Assembly: GCA_947473045.1 (NCBI GenBank)
Contig: CANJCO010000014.1
Location: forward strand, 39,118 to 71,117
Source of the DNA: Myxococcales bacterium
GTDB lineage: Bacteria; Myxococcota_A; Polyangia; Polyangiales; Polyangiaceae
Length of the DNA stretch: 32,000 nt
Reading direction: 5' to 3'
Shown in pieces: positions 27,700-32,000 of this stretch (positions are counted from its first letter, which is position 1; every line of letters begins with the position of its first letter). Below the pieces are notes generated by a model. The model ran no database searches and was not told where the DNA came from. It was given only the letters and a program-made list of their open reading frames with translations. A program made the position numbers and the translations under genes.

Positions 27700-30029
27700 C
27701 AGTCGAACTCCGCGTCCAGGCCAAGGGTTCCGTAGCCAGCCGTACGCTGCGTGAGAAAAATGGCGTTAAAGTAGCGGGTGTACATCACATCCGCCTGCAG
27801 CGTGACGCCGATCTGGGCCTTCGCGTCCGGCGACGTGAGCGCGTATCGAACTCCACCGCCCGCCGTCACGGACACGAGCGGAGACAGCTCGCGGTCCGTA
27901 GTGCGAAACAGCGGCAACGAAATCGAACCGTCCGCGTTGAGCGCGGCGGCGTAGGCGAGCTGGTAGAAGCTCGTCCCCGTTTGCGCGTGCAGGCGCGCGT
28001 GTGGCCAAACCCGAAGCCGCCGCCCAACGTCGACGATAAACCGCGCGTCGGTCGACGTAGCCTTGAGCGACCAGGTGTCGACGTAGAGGCGCTCGTCGAC
28101 CCTGAGGGTGGCGCCAAGCGCAGCCAGGCGATGGGCGAGCCTGGCACCGACCGCGTAGCGATCCCGCTCGGTCGGAAGCTGCTCGATCGGACGCAGCGGC
28201 AACCGGTTGGCGTTGACGAGATCGACCGTCGCGCCGACGGGAAGGCGACGCGCGATCGCGGGATCGAACAGCGGAACATACCGGTACGGCTTCGACTGGT
28301 CGCCGCGCTCGAGTTGGAGCGTCGCCGACAGAAGCAGCAGCGTCCTCGGCGAGAGCACGACGGTTACGCCGCCTTCGAGTCCGTGCGTCTCGAGTGTGTG
28401 CGAAAATACGCTAAACGGCGTGGTTGAGCGACCGATCGTGTCGTGCGAGTACGAGTAGGCAACGCGAGGCGTGACGAGCTTATCGGCCGTGTCCAAGCTA
28501 AGCGCGATGCCGCCTCCCGCCGAGACGTAGTCGCTCTCGACCGAAAGATTGCTCGACGCCTGCGCGCTCACCGTCTTGTACTTGTAGCCCCCCGAAAGCG
28601 CCCCCGCGTAGCGCTTGTCGCGAAACACGCGAGACGCTTCGGACACGATATCCGGTGAGGCCGCGGTGACGACGTCGAGCAGAAAGTTACCACCCACGTT
28701 CCAGCCCGACGTGGGCGAGGTGACGCTCGCGCTCAGCCCGGGCGAGGCGACGTTGACGCTGCTCGTGTCGGTGTAGACGCTCGAGTCGAGTCCAAGGCGA
28801 ACCACGAGGTTCTTTCGGTCCTCGGGCAGGCACTTCACCACTTCGTCCTGACTTTTGGCCGAGAGCATGCACTTGAGCTGACCCGGCGTGAGGTACTCCG
28901 ACGCCTGCGATTTGAGCGTGAGCTCGACCGTCAACAGCTCGGCCTCCTTCACGTCATATTCGCCGTCGAAGGCCAGCGGAACGCCGCCCTGCGTGCCTTC
29001 GGCGTGCACGGTGTGCTTTCCCGGATCGACCGAAAACTTCTTGGTCAGCGACTCCACGGGCACCGCGCGCTCGTCGAAGGTCACCTGCAAATCGTCGACG
29101 CCGGGCGGCGGCTTGAACGTCACGTGGGGGATGCGCGGCAAGATACCCTGCACGCGATCGCGCGCGGCACGCATGACCGCGGAGTCGCGCTTTTGAATGG
29201 CGTCTTCGAGCGCCTTCTGCGCATCGCGAAGCGCGTCGATGAGCTTGCCGCTGCGCCTCTCGCACGACGCGAGATGCAGACGCGTTCTAGGCTGCTCTTC
29301 GAGCTTGAGCGACTCCCTGTCTTTGGCGATGCACTCGTCGAGGTTGCCCGCCATGTCGGCCGACAGCCCTGCGCTGGCCGCCTGAAAAGCCTCGCTGCTT
29401 TCCCATCCGGGAATTTTCATCGGAGGAGCCGCTGGCTTCGGGGCCTCGGGCCTTGGCGCGTCCGGCGTCGGCGCGTCGGGCCTGGGACCCGGCGCAGCCG
29501 GAGCCGGCGCAGAGCCACCAGCCTCGCGCTCGGCTTCGGACCACTGCGTTCGGATGTTGGGTGTGGTGCCCGACGCTGGAAGCCGCGCGGTCGCGTCGAG
29601 CTGAAGCGCGCTGATGAAATCGATCTTCGCCTCGTCGGCTTTCCCGAGCTGAGAGGCCACCATGCCGAGGGCGACGAACACCTGCGCCCGCGTGGCCCCC
29701 GAACACTTGCCGCGCTTGCACTTCTCGTAGGCCTCTTCGAGCTTCTCCTGCGCGGGGCCGAACGCAGCGCCCGGATAGTCCTCCGACATCACCTGCTGCA
29801 CCGTGCCGAGCACCGTCATGTCGTCGGCGGCCCGGGCCGGCGCGGCGATGGTCGAAGAAACGGCCAGCGTCAGCCAAAAGGCAGCGCCGCGCGCACGTGC
29901 GCCGAGGCCGACGGCGAATTGGCCCGCAGCGCGACCGCTGCGCAGGCCCGGCTTAGTTGCAGCCGCAGCCACCGCCGCCACCACCGAAACCGCCCGTCGC
30001 GCCTTCCGACACCGCGCGCACATGCTCAT
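27699..30029 (-). CDS. Large outer-membrane protein: helical/TPR-like N-terminal region, Pro-rich linker, PEGA-like module, C-terminal beta-barrel resembling DUF3570
   Basis: 776-aa ORF. A signal-like segment is GAAFWLTLAVSSTIAAPARA. The start is uncertain: ATG 30029/30023 or in-frame GTGs about 29980, all overlapping the upstream gene. The C-terminal 430 aa are Ser/Thr/Tyr/Gly/Asp-rich alternating strands. The family name is from memory. Confidence 0.7.
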   Translation of the reverse strand: MSMCARCRKARRAVSVVAAVAAAATKPGLRSGRAAGQFAVGLGARARGAAFWLTLAVSSTIAAPARAADDMTVLGTVQQVMSEDYPGAAFGPAQEKLEEAYEKCKRGKCSGATRAQVFVALGMVASQLGKADEAKIDFISALQLDATARLPASGTTPNIRTQWSEAEREAGGSAPAPAAPGPRPDAPTPDAPRPEAPKPAAPPMKIPGWESSEAFQAASAGLSADMAGNLDECIAKDRESLKLEEQPRTRLHLASCERRSGKLIDALRDAQKALEDAIQKRDSAVMRAARDRVQGILPRIPHVTFKPPPGVDDLQVTFDERAVPVESLTKKFSVDPGKHTVHAEGTQGGVPLAFDGEYDVKEAELLTVELTLKSQASEYLTPGQLKCMLSAKSQDEVVKCLPEDRKNLVVRLGLDSSVYTDTSSVNVASPGLSASVTSPTSGWNVGGNFLLDVVTAASPDIVSEASRVFRDKRYAGALSGGYKYKTVSAQASSNLSVESDYVSAGGGIALSLDTADKLVTPRVAYSYSHDTIGRSTTPFSVFSHTLETHGLEGGVTVVLSPRTLLLLSATLQLERGDQSKPYRYVPLFDPAIARRLPVGATVDLVNANRLPLRPIEQLPTERDRYAVGARLAHRLAALGATLRVDERLYVDTWSLKATSTDARFIVDVGRRLRVWPHARLHAQTGTSFYQLAYAAALNADGSISLPLFRTTDRELSPLVSVTAGGGVRYALTSPDAKAQIGVTLQADVMYTRYFNAIFLTQRTAGYGTLGLDAEFD

Positions 30030-30165
30030 CGAGCGGCGACGCGAGGTCGTTGGGAGTCATCGTCGGATGCGCGAGCGCCCCGCGCTCATAGGGAGCAACC
30101 GTTGCGCAGCCTGCGAGCACCAACGCAATGGCCGCCGCGACAACCTTATGGGTGGGGATCTTCAT
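29953..30165 (-). CDS. Small lipoprotein ending GGFGGGGGGCGCN (resembles DUF4266)
   Basis: ORF trimmed to ATG 30165 (MKIPTHKVVAAAIALVLAGC lipobox). 70 aa. First gene of the operon. Confidence 0.7.
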   Translation of the reverse strand: MKIPTHKVVAAAIALVLAGCATVAPYERGALAHPTMTPNDLASPLDEHVRAVSEGATGGFGGGGGGCGCN

Positions 30166-30272
30166 GTGAACGTGCCCTGAACCGCCATTGTGCACCGATG
30201 GCGCGCCGGACGATAGGGGTCGATGCGCGTTTGCTCGTTGCCCGCCGGCCGCAGTGCTCGCACAATAGGGGG

Positions 30273-30824
30273 ATGCATTGGCGGGTCATCCTTGCGCTCG
30301 GTGTGCTGGCAGCCGCGATGCTGCCCCTCAGCGCAGCGTGCAGCCTCGAGTCAGACTCAAAGTTCGGCAATCCGTCCGGGCTGTCGCACGCCAATCTGCC
30401 CTCGCCCGCCGCCGCCGAGGGGGGCGCGGCTCCGAGCACCGGCTCCCTGTGCGACGGTGGCGGCCCGGTCGATGGGGGGCCCTGTCAAATCAGCTTCGCC
30501 AAAGACATCTGGCCGATGATGTCCGCCGCCGGCGTGTGGGCGTGCGCCGACAGCAACTGCCACGGCGGCACCGCGCTCAACCCGTTTATCAACGACGCTC
30601 CCAGCGCGTACGCGAACCTCGTCGCCTACAAGATCGGCGGCAAGGCCTACATCAACCCGTGCTCGACCGACCCGAAGCAGTCGACATTTGTGTGTAATCT
30701 ACAAGGAACGTGCGGGCAGCAGGCTATGCCGATTCCCGACAACACCAAGAATCGGCCGCTCGCGATCGCGACCGACATCGGGAAGGTGAACACGTGGTTG
30801 CAGTGCGGGGCTCCGTTCAACTGA
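30273..30824 (+). CDS. Cys-rich lipoprotein with C-x4-CHG motif, paralogous in motif to 26588..27124
   Basis: Only the last 183 codons of ORF 29004..30824 are credible. ATG 30273 is preceded by AGGGGG. Lipobox LPLSAAC. Motif is DIWPMMSAAGVWACADSNCHGG. Confidence 0.7.
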   Translation: MHWRVILALGVLAAAMLPLSAACSLESDSKFGNPSGLSHANLPSPAAAEGGAAPSTGSLCDGGGPVDGGPCQISFAKDIWPMMSAAGVWACADSNCHGGTALNPFINDAPSAYANLVAYKIGGKAYINPCSTDPKQSTFVCNLQGTCGQQAMPIPDNTKNRPLAIATDIGKVNTWLQCGAPFN

Positions 30825-30883
30825 CGCGCGGCTTGCGCGGGGCGCCGATGGCCTGCGCGCCGCCGACGTAGTATCGCGCTCGC

Positions 30884-31684
30884 ATGGATCGCTTCCTCGC
30901 GCGGCTCGAGCGACGCATCGGTCGCTACGCTGTCCCCAATCTGACGTTCGTCGTCGCGGCAGGCATGGCGATGGTCTTCGTGTTGTCGCTGGTGCGGCCG
31001 GAGTTCGAGAATCTGCTCGTGCTCGACGTGCAGGCCATCAAGCACGGCCAGATTTGGCGCGTGTTTTCGTACCTGTTTCTGCCTCCGCCCGCCGGCTCGT
31101 TCATGATGCCGAAGCCGATCGCGATGCTGTTCGCGATCTACTTCGTGTGGCTCATCGGCACGAACCTCGAGCGCGAATGGGGCCCCTTCAAGCTCAACGC
31201 GTTTTACGTCGTCGGCATGCTCGGCACCACAATCGCCGCGCTGCTAGCGGGGGGCGCTGGCAATTACTACTTGAACCTTTCGCTCTTCCTCGCGTTCGCG
31301 ACCGTCTTCCCTGATTTCCAGATCATGATCTTCTTCATCATTCCGGTGCGGATCAAATGGCTCGGAATCATCAGCGCGGCGATGCTCGGGTGGACGTGCC
31401 TGACCGGCGACTGGGACGAGCGCGCTGCGATCGGCGCCGCGATGGGAAACTACCTGCTCTTCTTCGCGGGATACTGGCGCGACCACTTTCGCAGCCGAAA
31501 CCTGCGCGTGCGGCAATCCGCACGGCGCGCAGCTGTAAGCGAGGCGCCTGCACTACCGGCCGTTCGCTCCTGCGCGATGTGCGGCGCGCGCGAATCGGAC
31601 GGCGCCGATATTCGGGTTTGCTCGTGCGAAAAATGCGAGGGAAAGCCGCGCACGCTCTGCCTCGAGCACGCTCGCAATCACTGA
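30884..31684 (+). CDS. Rhomboid-fold-like polytopic membrane protein with C-terminal Cys-rich (zinc-ribbon-like) tail
   Basis: 266 aa with about six TM segments. Rhomboid-like GQIWRVFSYLFLPP and WLIGTNLEREWG. I do not see the catalytic GxSG or the TM6 His. The tail is CAMCG...CSCEKCEGKPRTLCLEH. Confidence 0.7.
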   Translation: MDRFLARLERRIGRYAVPNLTFVVAAGMAMVFVLSLVRPEFENLLVLDVQAIKHGQIWRVFSYLFLPPPAGSFMMPKPIAMLFAIYFVWLIGTNLEREWGPFKLNAFYVVGMLGTTIAALLAGGAGNYYLNLSLFLAFATVFPDFQIMIFFIIPVRIKWLGIISAAMLGWTCLTGDWDERAAIGAAMGNYLLFFAGYWRDHFRSRNLRVRQSARRAAVSEAPALPAVRSCAMCGARESDGADIRVCSCEKCEGKPRTLCLEHARNH

Positions 31685-31685
31685 C

Positions 31686-32000
31686 TCAGGTCGTCAGCAC
31701 GATTTTGCCAAAGCTCTCGTTCGCCGCAAGCAGGGCGTGCGCGCGCCCCGCCTGTGCGAGTGGCAGCACCTGATCGATGACCGCTCGATAGACGCCTCGC
31801 GCGACGAGCGGAGCGATGTTGCGCCCGAGCACCTGCGCGGCCGCGATCCTCTCCTCGAGAGGCCGTGAGCGCATCACCGTTCCCCTGAGGGTGATGCGCT
31901 TGCGCAGGATCACAGAGAGATCGAGCTCTGCGCGGCCGCCCGCCACGAGTCCCACGAGCACGAGACGCCCTTTTGGTGCGAGGCACTTCAGTCCCTCCGC
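31686..32000 (-). CDS. NAD(P)H:quinone oxidoreductase / MDR-family dehydrogenase, C-terminal fragment (runs off the window)
   Basis: The C-terminus ...GRLVLVGLVAGGRAELDL..ILRKRITLRGTVMRSRP...LPLAQAGRAHALLAANESFGKIVLTT is typical of Qor-like zeta-crystallin proteins. The frame is open to the window edge. Confidence 0.8.
   Translation of the reverse strand, partial: AEGLKCLAPKGRLVLVGLVAGGRAELDLSVILRKRITLRGTVMRSRPLEERIAAAQVLGRNIAPLVARGVYRAVIDQVLPLAQAGRAHALLAANESFGKIVLTT

Noticed and set aside
29004-30272. Upstream 423 codons of plus-strand ORF 29004..30824
   Set aside because: Antisense to the barrel gene with Arg-rich junk. A credible start with AGGGGG and a lipobox appears only at 30273.

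Overview
High-GC bacterial chromosome segment, roughly two-thirds G+C by eye. The gene content suggests Myxococcota, with many lipoproteins, PrkA, a eukaryotic-like kinase and paired beta-barrel genes; that taxon call is an inference. I can support about 30 CDS. Housekeeping genes are ftsY, folK, groES-groEL with an upstream CIRCE operator, prkA, a trans-sulfuration PLP enzyme, an HDAC-family deacetylase, an AidB-like acyl-CoA dehydrogenase and a partial quinone oxidoreductase. They are interspersed with secreted or lipoprotein genes of unknown function. I saw no rRNA, tRNA, CRISPR array, transposase or integrase. The long antisense ORFs in the track are high-GC shadow ORFs. Two things stand out. 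(1) 16183-18558 is a 2.4-kb block between the 3' ends of two convergent genes. It has no credible ORF, visibly lower GC, at least nine stem-loops whose loops read GAAA or GCAA on the minus strand, one cUUCGg hairpin, and a strong minus-strand intrinsic terminator at its far end. I read it as one or more large structured RNAs, unproven. (2) 26588-30824 is a translationally coupled envelope operon. It encodes a tiny lipoprotein ending GGGGGGCGCN, a large fused outer-membrane barrel, a di-haem CxxCH lipoprotein and a CX4CH lipoprotein, with a divergent CX4CH paralog. It looks like an uncharacterised periplasmic or outer-membrane redox module. All family names come from motif reading and memory; no searches were run.
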